DNA of 64,000 nucleotides from Lama guanicoe. Its lineage: Eukaryota. Every line of letters starts with the position of its first letter. The first letter of the stretch is position 1. Positions 12,950-25,789 of the stretch are shown piece after piece. The notes under the pieces were generated by a model. That model searched no databases and was not told the origin of the DNA. It worked only from the letters and a program-made list of their open reading frames with translations. The DNA is taken from assembly GCA_013239625.1 (NCBI GenBank), contig MU053629.1, positions 4,677,567-4,741,566 on the forward strand, in the 5' to 3' direction. The position numbers were made by a program, and so were the translations under genes.

Positions 12950-14330
12950 TGGAGTGTATGCATTAGTTTCCTCTCTCACCTCAAAATCCACTGAAAATAC
13001 CTGTAAAGGGATTTTTTAAGGCTTATTATCATAAAGAAAGGGAAAGGAGACAGTAGCACCCAGATTTCAGATGTGGGAAAGCAGGTGGACATCAGTAAAC
13101 AGCTTAGCAGAACCGAGTACTGAAATCCTAAGCCAGCAGTAAAGAAAGAACGCAGCACCCGATTTCCTGTAAACCACCTGAAGGCTCAGGACTTGGTGGA
13201 ACCAGGTATCTGGAACTAGGAGTGAAGGAGGGACCAGAGATGAGAATTGTTTTAAAGTCTGTATGAGAAACAGTTCGATGGAATACTACTCAGCCATAAA
13301 AAGTGATAAAATAATGCCATTTGCAGCAACATGGATGGCCCTGGGGAATGTCATTCTAAGTGAAGTAAGCCAGAAAGAGAAAGACAAATACCATATGAGA
13401 TCACTCATATCTGGAATCTGGAAAAAAAAAACAGACAAATGAACTTATATATAAAACAGAAACAGACTTACAGACATAGAATACAGACTTGTGGTTGCCA
13501 GGGGGGAGAAGGGTGAGAAGGGATAAACTGGGAGTTCGAGATTTGCAGATACTATGGATAAACAAGTTTATACTGTATAGCACAGGGAACTATATTCAGT
13601 ATCTTGTAGTAGTTCATGGTGAAAAAGAATATGAAAATGAATATATGTATATTCATATATGACTGAAGCATTGTTCTGTACATGAGAAATTGACACAACA
13701 TTGTAAACTGACTATAACTCAATAAGAAAATAAATAAATAAAGTCTGTATGAGAAACAGTTAAGCTGTTTGACCCACAGACAATCGCCCCTCCCCAACCC
13801 TAACACAAGACTGAGTAAAGGATTTTTCTCTTGAGAATAATAAGTGATACCTGGCACTGTAGAGGGCTGGGTCCCATTACTGAGAGCAGAGGCATTAAGT
13901 GAAAGTTAGATTCTGAATGTGGAGACTCCCAGCCATCTTACCACACCCTGTTCTTGGAACACCGACAGCCAGGATTACGTTTCAGGCAGGATATTTGGAA
14001 GACTTTCTCTAGGGAAACCTGACCAAGAGGTCTTAGAGATCCAGGCATTGGGAGTTCTCCAAGGAAACAGTCAGCTGGGTCGTGGTACTTCAGTCTACAG
14101 GCTCCACCCACAAGCGCAGAGTTTCCACTCAGATTTGTAGTTGCCTTACTCTTAGCAAAACATTTGAGGAAGGCATTAAGGTAAGAACCGAAACCTAAAA
14201 TAACTGAAAAAAAGCAACTTGGAGGGTTGGAAGCAATGCAGGGGAGAAAAATTCAAATGAATTCTAATATTCTCAGAGGGATAAGAGAAAAGACTGCATC
14301 TAGGAAACAAGAGCAGGCTTTCAGTATTCT
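12950..14330 (+). mobile_element. Ancient L1 (L1M/HAL1-like) 5'UTR-ORF1 relic, interrupted by a younger L1
   Basis: Resembles old L1 5' regions, with an ORF1-like purine-rich end (aatattctcagagggataagagaaaag...aaacaagagcagg). Confidence 0.45.
13276..13739 (+). mobile_element. 5'-truncated lineage-specific L1 (ORF2 tail and 3'UTR) with a perfect 22-bp TSD
   Basis: atggaatactactcagccataaaa...gcagcaacatggatgg. TSD aaagtctgtatgagaaacagtt at 13254-13275 and 13740-13761; TT/AAAG nick site. Confidence 0.95.
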
Positions 14331-15538
14331 AGATTTTTAATAAACTTTCATTTAACAGTAACAACCCCGTAAAATTACTTTGAGAAGTAAGCTTCTCTTT
14401 GATACAACATCTATGTGTTGGGTGTTTACCAGGCGACAAGAATTATGAAGCATTACCTAGAACTGGTTCTTGCCTCTAAATACACTGACGAACCTGTCAC
14501 CCCTGTCCCTACAAAAAGAAACAACAACAACAAAGCAGAGACACAGCTGTGTCTGGTGGGCCTACACCTGCAGCTTTGTTGGCCTTTCTAGCCCTTGGTG
14601 ATGAGGAACCTGGTCTCAGGGTGACGGATGGCTCTGGGATGCCCTATGAGCAGCTGCTGTCCGCTTCTTTGGACCATAAAAACTTGGTATTTGGTGTGCT
14701 TCACTCAACTACTGATTTTTTTTCCTCCTCTTCTTTTTTATAATTATTGTCAACAACTTGAGTGAAAGTTGAATCTTATTAAAATATATTCAGTCTGCTG
14801 CTCCATCTAGTGAAATACTTCACCTGTTGATCAGAAGTTTTTGTGGAAACCCATCAGGAGGCAGAAGGATCAAAGCTGAATGGTCCAAAGACAAAGGGAA
14901 TTTCAGCGGAAGACTGTATGGGAAGGTGGGTAGGGGTGTGGTTTTGGTATCCTTGTCATGGGCCTCCTTCCCTTCCATTGAAGAATATAGAGGGGAAAAA
15001 AGAGCATGTAACAGTTCCTGTCCCTCATTCCCCTGCTCGCACTCCCCTTCCTCTAATTCTGTCTTAACTTGATTTTTTCCATTGTCATTTTTTCCCATCT
15101 AAAATTTTACATAACTTACTGCAAAAAGAAGCTGTTAAAATGACCTTTGGCAGATGATGGATTGACTAGTTCAGTCCTTTGCAAGGTCTGTGAAGGGGTC
15201 CAGCTGTCTCGGATCACCATGCCTAACTGTGCATTTCCAAGGCTGTCAGTGACTGTGGTGAATGTGAAACTGGCAGACAAAGTGAAGTGTTCCCCCACTG
15301 AATGAGGCATTGTTGGGCTTGCTTTGTGCTCAGAGCTGCCGTGAACAGCCATGAGATCGACAAAACAAAATGGAACAGGTGTTAGCAGTCCCAGCTAAGC
15401 ATTTTATTATTTTGATGGATTTCAGACAGATTTTAAAGGTTTTTCAGCCACACATGTCCAAATCATGTGTACACACAAACTTACACACTTTGAACTTTAA
15501 AAAACAAAACAAAACAAAACATTAACTCAACAAAGTCT

Positions 15539-15890
15539 TTTTTTTTTTGCTTTTTTTTTTCATTTTTAGTGAAGTATAGTCAGTTTACAATGTTGTGTCA
15601 GTTTCTGATGTACACCACAATGCTTCAGTCAAACATGAACTTATATAGATTTGTTTTCATATTCTTTTTCACCAAAGGTTGCTACAAGATATTGAATATA
15701 GTTCCCTGTGCTATACAGTATGAACTTGTTGTTTATCTATTTTATATATATTAGTTAGTATTTACAAATCTCAAACTCCCAAATGATCCCTTCCCACCCC
15801 CTTCCCCACCTCAGGTAACTGTAAGTTTGTTTTCTGTCTGTGAGTCTGTTACTGTTTTGTAAATAAGTTCGTTTGTCTTTTTTTTTTTTT
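15539..15890 (-). mobile_element. 5'-truncated L1 3'UTR, same family as 13276-13739
   Basis: Reverse complement of the same 3'UTR with poly(T) at the left end. TSD aacaaagtct at 15529-15538 and 15891-15900. Confidence 0.92.
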
Positions 15891-15999
15891 AACAAAGTCT
15901 CGATATGAAGAATAAAGAAATAAAGAGAAGACAAGGCAGGCGTTTGGCAACCGGTATTCAGGTGTTTGAAGGATCATCCGTAAAGAGAAGGCAAGATGC

Positions 16000-16265
16000 T
16001 GCTTTATGACTGGCAGGCTGAACCTTCTGAGGCTAACAATAACTGAAAAAAAACAAAAATCCCATGGTTTTCTGTTCAGTATAAGGAACAATTTTCTAAT
16101 GGATGGGTTCCTGCACCCTTCCTACTCAACCATACAGTCATCCCTTGACGGGTAGAAATGCCCCGTCCCTGGGGGCATTTAAGTAGTGACTGAACACTTG
16201 TCTCAGGGATTTTTTTAAAAAACTACTTTGTAGAAGAGACAGGTATAGGGTTAGACAAGATGCGG
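16000..16265 (+). mobile_element. L3/CR1 LINE 3' fragment
   Basis: ttcagtataaggaacaattttctaa...ccccgtccctgggggcatttaag...gggttagacaagatg. Confidence 0.5.
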
Positions 16266-16520
16266 TCATCTGTTCATTCAGTCATGTAACAAATTTTCCT
16301 TGAGTACCCATTATGTGGCCGGCACTGTACTAGCCACTGGGTACATCGCTGGGAATGAAAGTGACAAAACCCCTGCTTTCATGGAGCCTACGTAACAAAG
16401 ACGGGTGCTTGACAACAGCAACTATTTGGATGGAAATAAACAGCGTCATATGATGGGGGTAACTGAGTGTTGTGGGGTTATGTCTGAGTTGACATCTAAA
16501 AGATAAGAGGGGGCCAGTGT
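16265..16520 (-). mobile_element. L2 3' end
   Basis: gttcattcagtca...ttgagtacccattatgtggccggcactgtactag...ccctgctttcatggagcct. Confidence 0.75.
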
Positions 16521-16676
16521 CCTAGTGACCTCTGTCAACTCTAAAATTCTACGAGGGTGATCATTTGAGGACCCGCTGCTGCTACCTTCGAGATATCCAG
16601 TAATTAAAAACCACTGCTCACAGAGTTCTAGCAGTAGCCAGGTCCTGTGACCTGGACTTTAAAAGTCCACTCAAAG

Positions 16677-16818
16677 GCAGAAGGGTATAGCTCAGGTGGT
16701 AGAGCGCATGGTTAGCATGCAGTAGGTCCTGGGTTCAATCCCCAGTACCTCCTCTAAGAATAAAATAAGTAAATAAACCTAATTACTACCTCCCCCCCAA
16801 AAAAACTAAAAAATAATT
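16677..16818 (+). mobile_element. tRNA-Ala-derived camelid SINE (vic-1 type)
   Basis: A and B boxes, AGC anticodon arm retained. TSD aaaagtccactcaaag (16661-16676) / aaaaatccactcaaag (16819-16834). Confidence 0.92.
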
Positions 16819-17934
16819 AAAAATCCACTCAAAGATCCTACAGATCATATTACATACTTTGATTATGAACTGAATGATAACACCTTTAACCTCTTTTTCA
16901 GCATTTATTTAGAAAAATCTTTTACACACCTTAACTTGTATTTAGAGAGTAGAATGCTTTAAGTAGAAGAGAGACATTAGAACTTGTTAAAAGCAGATCC
17001 CTCCTCTTGCCAGTGAGGAAGCTCGGGTCCAGAGACAGGCGGGAGTGTGCCCACAGACAAGCATGCAGCTAGGACTGTGCAGAAGGGGACTGGCATGTGA
17101 TAAAATGAAGTGTAGTGCTTTCCTCTGTTCCTAGCTGTTGACATCTTGCTCAGTGTCATTCTAGAAGAGTGACAACACTTTATGTGTACATAACACTTAA
17201 CAAAGCCGTTCGATATTCATTATCTCATTTAAGCCTCTCCCCACTGTGATGGGAAAGGACTGAAAAATCAGTAATTTAAGGTACCCAAGATTATTCCACC
17301 AACTTTGGTGTATAAGCATCCAAGTTCCCATCTTACAAGTGAGGAAACTGCGATCCAGAGAAAATAAAGGACTTTTCTAGGTTGATTAAGTGACTAGACC
17401 AGGCAGCAACAGTTAAGTGTCCTGACTCTGGATGAAAGTCTGCTTCTTCCTCTTTGCTGTAGAAAGGAAGTCGATCAGTAATTTGAAAAAAAAAGGGGGG
17501 GGGGAGATGATGGTAAGTGTAGATGAGCAGGAAATTAGGTAAGGGCAAGACTGGTTTATTGTGGCTCTGCTTATTAGTCAGGATAGCTTTTCACAGGATA
17601 GCTGCCTACCCTGTCTGTAGTTGGTTCACTTGTACTGTGTTTTGAATTGTACGATTGCTGTTTTTCAGAAACCAAGACCTAGGTTTTTTTATAAAGAAAC
17701 ACAAAAATTAACCTAATCTTCCACGTGTCTGCTATAATAGAATGGCAGTGGGCACGTGAGAATCCCATCTGGTCAGTGACCATTGATGCAGTGCTACCCT
17801 GTGTTAGCACTGAGGGTGCAAGCTTTGCCCTCAGGAGCTCCCTGACTAGTAGCGAGAAAGACAAGTGGAAATGCAATAGGAATGCGTGGACCGGGCAGAT
17901 GAGCGGGAGGGCTGATCTCAGTGTGAAGAACAGC

Positions 17935-18150
17935 ATTTCAGTTATGTTACTCTTAATAAACTACCCAACATTAGTAGCGTAAAATAACAACCATTTATTT
18001 TATTTATTCTGTGGGCCAGGAATCCTAGCAGGGCTCAGGCCTCCCATGTAGCATCCATGGGGTCCTCCGGTGAGGGTGCAGCTATGTGGTGGTAAAGAAT
18101 GGAAAGCCCAAGATGGCTTCACCTGCATGCATGGAGTCTTGGTGGGGATG
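17935..18150. mobile_element. MaLR LTR fragment (MLT1J/K-like)
   Basis: taaaataacaaccattt...ttctgtgggccaggaatc...cccaagatggcttcac. Confidence 0.7.
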
Positions 18151-19592
18151 GCCACTCCCTGTCTCTCTCTCCCCTCCCTTCATCCCTCTCCCTCTCTCGC
18201 CAGACCAGCAGCACACTGACAGGCCGGAAGTGTGAGGATATTCCCTGATGATGACTCTTGACTTTGAAATGTCCAGAAATACAAGTGTAGCTTAGATTGA
18301 GCTCAATAGACTAGACCCCAGCACGGGTGTTTCCTCGGGTCCCCAGAGCTGCACAACCTCAGTGAGCAGTTTAGGAGTGGAGGATTTCCCCCCACCTAAG
18401 TCTCTCGGGACTGTTTCATGATTAAAAAGGACGCAGGTCAGCATTATACAAACATGTTGAAAGGGTGTCATTTCTTAATTCTTACCGTGAAAAGTGAAAT
18501 GGTTTTTGAACTAGGCACATGAGATGGATTTGGGGGCAGTTAACTCTAATCTTTTCCCTTCTTGCAACTCTTTAGTCTTCAGTAAATTAATCATAGTGCT
18601 TTCAATATGCAAAAGTGATTATTCTAAGCAGTGATGTATGTGTTAAGAGTTTAGGCCTTGCCAGTTAAAACTATCAGCTCGTAATACTGAGGAGTCTGGG
18701 TACTGCGTTTGTTTAAGTGTTGTAGCTTTCATGACAGAAACAGCCAAGCTGTGCACACCAGGCTGACCAGGCTTTGGGAGAATCGTCAGGGGGTTTATCA
18801 CAATCAACACATGCTCGTGGTCAGCCTGCTGCAAAACAGTATTTCCGGTGTCAGGTTTACCCTTAGACCAGTGAAATTTACCAGGAAGCAGAGATACAGG
18901 AAGATGTGGAACCCTAGGAAATGTCACCAGGTAAGATGTGATGCACTGCCTAGTGAATGGCAGGCAGCGAGGGTATGAATTTTGTCCTCAAAATTATTTT
19001 CTGTGGCTCGTTCCCAGCAGGAGAGGAGGAATTTGAGACAAGTTCTGAGAGGATAGGTAGCTTGGAGCCCTATTCATCTGTTGCACCATCTCAGATTCCA
19101 TATAGGAAAACCACCTTTGGTATTACATTTTGAGTTGTTTAGAAATTTGAAGAACATTTATTTTTCTAGTTGAAAAGTGAGATGTTAGCTTTCATCCATC
19201 ATGGCTGAACTTTCTCTCCGTTTAATTCAGAATCTCTCACTGAGTTTTCTCTCAACACAGACCACCATCAAAAGAGACCTTTGCAGTTGTTTTTAAATGA
19301 CTTTTAGAGATTTTAGTTATATACCCAGATATTTTAATAGCATTGCTCTGAGTAGAGCTACTGATGAAAATCAACTTGAAACAATTAGAATGTCTTCAGA
19401 GCTACCAAGGGGGTCTTATTTAAATGGAGATTTGAGAGGGGGGGTTGCCTTTTTTTTTTTTTAATCAGTTAGCTGCCTCATACTTACTACGGCCTAGTTG
19501 GAGTTATATATTGCATTTAAATTACAGTGTTCAAACAATTATTCAGGCAGAGTTTGTGATCTAATGCAGGATAAGTAGACAGATTGATATTT

Positions 19593-19668
19593 ACACACAT
19601 GTATACATACACACACATAAACATATATATACATACATATATATAAATATATATGCATAAACACATAC
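19593..19668. repeat. Degenerate (CA)/(TA) dinucleotide tract
   Basis: Read directly. Confidence 0.8.
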
Positions 19669-22600
19669 AAGCTCTTTTTTAAGGAAAAAAGAGAAAATGA
19701 TGCAAGTAAAACAGCGTTAAAGGAGAGGAAGGAGCCTTACGTGTTTTCGGATAGCAGGGTTAGAAAGACCAAGCAACATTTAAAGATTCAAAACAATAGC
19801 ATTTAGCATTAAAACCTACTTTTGATCATCCTTACCCAGCCATCAGAATGAAGAAAGACAGTGTCCAGCTGTAGCAGTGGTTTGGGTAGCAGGAGAATTA
19901 GAAGTAAAGGTAGCGGTGCCTGAGGGGTGGGTCATGAATTAATAATTGCTATGTGGCGGATGAGCCCCGTCAGAGGAGCTGAAAATGAGGAAGTTGCCTT
20001 GCAGAGCGCTATCAATCACTCAGTGACCATAACTTCCAGTAATTAGTGTATTTTATGGGCCTTTGCTTCAGTGGCTCGAAAGCACATATGCTCCAGTCAC
20101 AGCTAAACTTTGCCAGAGTAATATTCCAGGATGATTTATCCCCCTGCTGCACTGGGATATAACCCTATATTAGGCGAAGATTGTGAACTAAGCTGCAATA
20201 AAGTGTAAGTTTAGGTACAGTTTGCCCAGGTTGAGACCTCAATGTATCATGCTTTTCAGCATTCATGGTTAGACTACAGCAAGCAATCATTTTTAACAGT
20301 AAAACAAATAAAGCAATTAAAGGAACAGCATTAGGATATTGTACTTGTGAATTACTGTTGCCCTGGCCCCATTTAAGTGTCCACTGTAATAAGCCCGTTT
20401 CTAATTTAAAAAAACAAACAAACAAACAACAACACTGTATTAGAAACATTTATTTGTGATGCTGTCTTTTCTCCATTATTATTAGTGATCTGCCAGATAG
20501 AATGCAGGACCTTCTGAGTGATGGAGAAATGTTCAACTTACTTCTTTGAGCTCCTGTATCTGGGACCCTGACGTTAAAATCAGTGTACTTTTTACCAGTG
20601 GACTCTGGTGAGGATGAGTAGTTCTTTTTTAAAATTTGGGCACATGTTGAGAAGCACTCCTGATGGGAACCTCACATCTAGGTTCTTTGTACACAAAGAA
20701 AACGTTGTTAGCTCTCCAGAGCACTTAGCCCTTTGTATACAGGCGTCATGCGTTACTTGCCGAGGTTTACCCACTACAGTGGAAGCCTCTGGGGCCTTCG
20801 CCGTTGCCAAAACATCTGTAGAGCCCAGAGTTCCGAGTAATTTAACAGGCTTTGCCACCAACCTGCAGTATGACCTCGGGCAAATTAATTAAGTTTCTGG
20901 TGCCTCTATTGGGCCATAATTCTGTTTGTGTTAAAAAATTCTTGGACTTTATACGAAAGCATTCTATGAAAAGAGGTATCCATTGAATAGGGAAAAGATA
21001 CACTTGGTTCTTCTGTATTCTTTTTAGGGTGAAATGTTTCCACGCCACTTTTAATGATGGTTGTTTTGAATGTCCTTAAATAGACACTACTGCTAAGCTA
21101 ATTTCACCAAGCACGGATGAAAAGGTGTACCCAGTTTGATGCTTTTAGTACATTTATTATTCCTCCTTTAATTGGCAATGTATTATCGTATCCTACAAGG
21201 TAAAACAATAAGAGTAAAACTAATCGTCTTTAATGAAAGTGAATTAGGTTTTGATTTTAATATATTTGATGTAGTGAGAACTGATAACGTGGAGGGTCCC
21301 AAAGGTTATTAGGGCGTATTTCTGTTGGGCCTGACGGTGTTAGTAATAACCCTCTTCCTCATCGTTGTAGACAGGAACAAACATGTCACTTCATCAGTCT
21401 CTGTTACTCGCACTTATGCCCCTCCGCAGGGGTTGCAGATTCCACAAGTTATCAGCTAATGGCGTTATACATTAAAAATTGAAGCTTTCCTCACTCCGAG
21501 GCCTTTCAAGGCTTTGTTCTTAAGCCCTAGACACTTTGGAGTGCAGCTGCAAACTATAGGCAGAAGATTAAATTAATTTGTAACTCTTTTTTTTTTTGGT
21601 ACTGCATTACTAAATCCTCCACATTTAATTGAAACCCTACTTCAAGACGCCTTGTGTTTCTCTGTTCTTTGTTGTCAGTTTAACCTCCAAAGCACTTTAA
21701 CACTGGTAAATTGCTGTTACATCCTTTGGATTGTTCTTAAACCATTCAGTAAGAGGACAGTGAAATTGATACATGGAAAGAAAAGTCAAACCTTAGGGTA
21801 GATTTTGAGGTATTTAATATTTATTGTGGTCCTTCACCCAGCATAGTTTCAGATGATTTAAACTCTCTCTAGGACTGTGTAAATTGGTCTTGGGATGAAA
21901 TCTCACCTAGGGAATTTTATGTAATCCAGTAGTTAAGTCTGATTTTTTTTTAAAGTTTCCCTGTGTCTGAGTGTTCCAAAGTGGCTGCTGCATTTCTATA
22001 AAATGAAGGTCTACCCGCAATGCACAATCTAAATGCAAAATCCTTAGATGGAAATTTAATTGTGTAAAATGTGCACAAGGTAATTAAGAAGAAATTTTAG
22101 AACGTTTCAGGCTATAAAATCCTCCTACAGCTACTTCACTGGCTATATTGGAAATGCTCATTTTCAATTTGCAGTTATGCTGAAAAATATAGAATAAGTC
22201 TAAATTAAGAATTGATAAAATCCAGCATTCTTCAGTAGAACTATAAATTTAAAACTACCCCCACATTGTAGATGTTATTAAGTTGGAAACTTGATCACCA
22301 AAAACATATCCTGAATTTGTGTCCTGCCCTTGCTTTCTGGCTACATTGTATGTTTTCTCTTTACCATTTATGGCTTCATGACAGTAATTATTCTTATTAT
22401 CAGCAGAAGCCATTTTTGTTGCTTCGTAAGTAAATATCTTCTACCCTAACTTTTTGTTAAAATGCAAAGGCTTCTATCATGCAGTTGTTACATATGTGGC
22501 AATTGTTATGATTACACCCACACATGTATTTGTTATTTAAACTATAAAATCCAACATATTCAAATGCTGCTAACTCAAGAGTATTTCATGGATTGATTGG

Positions 22601-24766
22601 AGAAATCAGAGATCAATAAGATAACACTAAGGAACAGTCCTAGTTTTACAGTGAAATGTTAGTGGCTTACTGTTATTTAAGTGGATTCCCAATGTTTTCA
22701 GAGCATTTTTTTTCTGTCTTTTGCATAATAAATCTCCCACAAGGAACAGCATATTTAGCAGTTTGCTGAATGTTAAGTATTTGGAATTAAAAAGCACTTT
22801 TTAATTTGACATTAAATAGAATCCTTTCCCTTCCCCATCTCTACCTCCACACATGCCCCCTCCCCCACAAAATAAATAAAGTTTTTCCAAATCTTTTGCA
22901 ATGTGAGCTGCTCCCCTCCTGGGAATGAAAAGGATGTTAGAGTCTTTTGATGAATTGCGGGCACTTATGTGTATCCACACTTTTCAATATCCTTTTTTTT
23001 TTAAACTGGACTTAAGCTGCCTAAATTTTAATGCTTCTTTTGTAAAGATGATAAAGAGAGCAAAGATTTCTATTGGCTTAGCCCTAATCTGTGTGCTTTG
23101 TTGTGACTCTTATTTTTTTTCTTCTTCTTTTAACTGTTAACCTATTTATAAATCTAAATCTACATCCAGAGGTCATTGGTTGGCTGAACTTAAACCATTT
23201 TACTCAGTAAATTTAATTAAGAAAATACAGTGCAACTCATAAGCAAATGAGTTTTTTCCTAGTTTTAAACCAAACCACCCTCTTGAGTGCTGATTGCCTT
23301 GCCCGACCCCTGGTGATACAGAAACAGGCAAAATTAAAAAGGACATTAAAGCTTCATTAAATCTGAAACACATTTAGTACAGTGACATATCTGCAGGCCA
23401 TTTCAGAGAAGATTACATACTCTCTTTTGTAAGTTTCCTAATTTATAATACCTTGACAATAAAAACTGGGGAAATGCAAGTAGATTAATAGACCAGTAGG
23501 GGTAAAAGATACAGAATGGCCCCAGGTCTGTCTGTCTCTGAAATACTCACTCATATAGCATATGTGCTCCCTCTTCCCCATAAGGGTTCAGTGTTTATTT
23601 TGACTTCTGACAGCCTCAGCCATATCTGCTACGAGCCCTTTTCCTTTTTTACCTTCTCCTAATTGAACTTGATAAAAAGGTTCTAGGCCCTGGCTATCTG
23701 TTTCCTTCTATTTTGCCACAAGACAAATAGCGTGGAGCATAAACACTGCAGCCGCATTAAACCTGAAAGGACAGAGACGTGCATGGAAGGCAGCTCCCTC
23801 TCCTAGGGCCTTGAAAACGACTGCTTCTGGTGCCAGGCTCATAGGATTGCTGCCAGTTGTCACTGGCGCAGAACTGGAATCCTTGGCCTGCCCTTGGAGC
23901 AGCCCAGTGGTGACACTGTGAGAGAGGGAATGCTGGCTGTGCTGCTCTGGTCAGGGACAAGGAGCCCTTCTCTGTCCCCTGATACAAAAAGAGATCAGAC
24001 CTACAAGATGCCTTAGAAGCAGTTCTCCCAGGAATGTAGTTGACAGGTAAGACTGAGTTTCCGCAGGATATCAGGAAAACGCACAGAAGTAAAGCCAGTC
24101 CCTAGAATGAGTTCGCTAGTTCGAGCGCCGCCACCTGTTCCCAAGCAGGCTGGTGCAGAGAGGCTCCCAGCTGAATTTCTCTCTATTCTCTTGCATGAAG
24201 GTCTCTTACAGAGTAAACGAGTGACATCCGCCAGCCTGACTACCTCTCACCAGTTGTGAGAAGGGGCCGAGTAGATGAGTGCACGTTCCCAAGTCAGCTG
24301 TAGCCTCACCTCTCCATAGGACAGTGATGACTTGAAAATTGGAGGCTTTGTGTTAAAGTGGAAAAGGTTCACATTTTTTACCTTATCGCACTGTTTTTTT
24401 TTTTAAAGCCTTCCATTTATCATTGCTTAGTTCTTTAATCTGCAAGAACCAATGGCCAGTTTTGGCACCAGCCAGGTAGTTTGGACCTTAACTGTATGTT
24501 TGGTGGGCAGGTTTATCCTGCTGGTAAGCAACGTGGACAGAATTCTTCCACGGGCCCTAATGACATGTTCGACATGTGCCAGAGTGCATGGCGCAGCACC
24601 TGTAGAAGGGCTTGAAAGAGAATATTCTGAGTATTTTCTAGCAGTTATTAGGCTGTTAGCTTTTTCAGATGAGAGACCCTCCTCTTGGTACTTTCCTAAC
24701 TCAAAATGGAAGAATATGCAAAATTCGTAATCCACAGATCAGTGAGATGAGAGGTGATAGCTCTTG

Positions 24767-25305
24767 ATCTCTATTTTATTTATTTCCTCCATGATCTTTA
24801 TAATTTTTTCCTTCTGCTGACTTTTGATTTTGTTTGCTCTTCTTTTTCTAATTCTTTTAGCTGGTAGGTTAGGTTGTTTGAGATTGTTCTTTTTTTGAGG
24901 AAGGCCTGTATTGCTATGAACTTCCCTCTTAGTACTGCTTTTGCTGCATCCCATAGATTTTGTGTGGTTGTGTTTTCATTGTCATTTGTCTCAAGGTATT
25001 TTTTAATTTCTTCTTTGATTTCATCATTGAACCATTGGTTTTTTAATAGCGTATTGTTTAGTCTCCATGCTGTCATTGTTTCCTCATTTGTTTTTCTGTG
25101 GTTGATTTCTAGTTTCATGCCATTGTTGTCAGAGAAGATGCTTGGAATAATTTCTATCCTTATAAATTTGTTGAGGCTTCTTTTGTGCCCTAGTATGTGG
25201 TCTATCCTAGAGAATGTTCCATGAGCACTTGAAAAGAATGTATATTCTGTTTTGGTGGGATGTAATGTTCTAAAAAAATCAACCAAGTCCAACTGTTCTC
25301 TTGTG
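24767..25305 (-). mobile_element. Isolated internal L1 ORF2 fragment (endonuclease C-terminal half and following region)
   Basis: ORF 24798-25361(-) translates to ...[21 protein letters not shown]...[13 protein letters not shown]...WRLNNTLL...[17 protein letters not shown]1 ORF2p. It is frameshifted near 24890. Confidence 0.95.
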
Positions 25306-25744
25306 GGTAACAGCTTTTGGTGAGCTGTCACTGTCAGTTCAGTACAGAATGGTGCAAACACCTAGTCCACCCATGACTGCTGCAGTAGACCACAGTGAAT
25401 CAGTGTGCATCATCTCATTGGCCAGAAACACACTATATTTACAAAATGTAAGTCAAATTGATGGCCTATATTGGGTGGGGGTGGAGTGGGGACAGCGGAG
25501 AGCTGAGTCCCTTTCCTTCCTGATTAATAACAATATATAGACAACAAGCATAATTACATGAGATGGTGAAGGGGAGTTTAACATCCACACTGTCTTTCCT
25601 TCACCCCATCTTTTGATGTTTTTGTTATTCATGCTTGAACAGATTAATTTCATCCACCAAGTGAAATAGTGATAATATAATTCTGTATCTTGAAACTCTG
25701 AGAATTCTGAGTACAAGGTAACAAAACTTACCAAGTGTTCCAAA

Positions 25745-25748
<4 letters not shown>

Positions 25749-25782
<34 letters not shown>
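25749..25782. repeat. (AC)17 microsatellite
   Basis: Read directly. Confidence 0.95.
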
Positions 25783-25784
<2 letters not shown>

Positions 25785-25789
25785 CCAAA

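Noticed and set aside
18854..18936. Strong donor CAG|gtaaga suggesting a cryptic exon
   Set aside because: No convincing upstream acceptor or MEK5-like coding content; isolated donors are common in long introns.
24798..25361. 187-aa ORF as a novel endonuclease gene
   Set aside because: Partial L1 ORF2p lacking the N-terminal endonuclease motifs, frameshifted, with no proper start.
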